This document shows, one piece after another, positions 63,358 through 64,000 of a DNA stretch of 64,000 nt. Within the stretch, counting starts at the first letter, position 1; the number at the start of each line of letters is the position of its first letter. The position numbers and the translations under genes are program-made. The DNA is from Saccostrea echinata (Eukaryota), in the NCBI RefSeq assembly GCF_033153115.1, contig NW_026889774.1:12772001-12836000 (forward strand), written 5' to 3'. The notes beneath the pieces were generated by a model. It ran no database searches and had not been told where the DNA came from. It was given only the letters and a program-made list of their open reading frames with translations.

Positions 63358-64000
63358 AAATAAAGTTTAAAACCCCTTCTCCTCATTGATAAAAAATCCG
63401 ATACTATAATAAAAGATGGGGATTTTTTTATCAATCAAGAGGAAAGTTAAAAAGGCCAAGTGCCTGTGCACTCGACAAGAGATCCTCACTAATTCAAAAC
63501 GGTGGTGGATCTTAAAGTTAGTTGTTTGGGAGTGATTATGCCTGTTGGCCTCCTTATCGGCCCATCATGGATGGATACTAGCAGATACACCTTTCTACGA
63601 GGTCCGAATGGACATTAAGTATTCTGGATAGTTGTCCATTCACTTTACACTATTCCGGCACAGGTTTCTGAACCTTAATTTCGGGCCTCAAGTTGATTGG
63701 CATTAAATTTATTAAATATCTTTAAGTACTGTGTATTTCGGTTTCATGAGCATTAACAAGTACAAGATAAAATGTATTTAAATCAGAAGTGGTCACTCAG
63801 AATAACAATCCTGGAAAATCTCTGACTCCAATCCTGCAAGCAGGACACATCCAGGGGAATCATCCAGAGTAAATTAAAGCCGCCCTTGTGACATGTTAGT
63901 TTCAGAAAGCAAAGAAGAAAATAGAAAGAAGTCATGGACCGAATACATATATTAATTTCTCTCAAAAATTGTCCCATCCAACAGCTAGTGTTTTTTTTAT

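Noticed and set aside
63783-63977. 64-aa minus-strand ORF at the window end
   Set aside because: No recognisable homology or convincing splice structure.

Overview
AT-rich, intron-rich animal genomic DNA. The repeat families and gene structures suggest a bivalve mollusc, probably an oyster (inference). Three complete spliced genes could be rebuilt by hand with consistent GT-AG boundaries and phases: GTF2H4/TFIIH p52 (+, 803-7627, 14 exons, 460 aa), SEC16 (-, 36982-13903, 29 core coding exons, about 1978 aa, plus candidate cassette exons) and SEC22B (+, 39785-45940, 5 exons, 217 aa). SEC16 and SEC22B lie head-to-head across a short promoter carrying ETS and TGACGTGG motifs. There is also an intronless 285-aa ORF I do not recognise (-, 9561-8704) and a probable first exon of a gene divergent from GTF2H4. 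The rest is dense in non-autonomous mobile DNA. The most striking structures are: (1) an 8.3-kb element (47271-55571) with 61-bp TIRs and a perfect 9-bp TSD, whose interior is two oppositely oriented arrays of a 36-bp satellite with three nested insertions; (2) a miniature LTR retrotransposon whose LTRs contain a tRNA-like sequence (10989-11953); (3) two independent tandem arrays in GTF2H4 that each copy an exon end together with its splice donor. All coordinates were counted by hand, and repeat edges may be off by a few bases.
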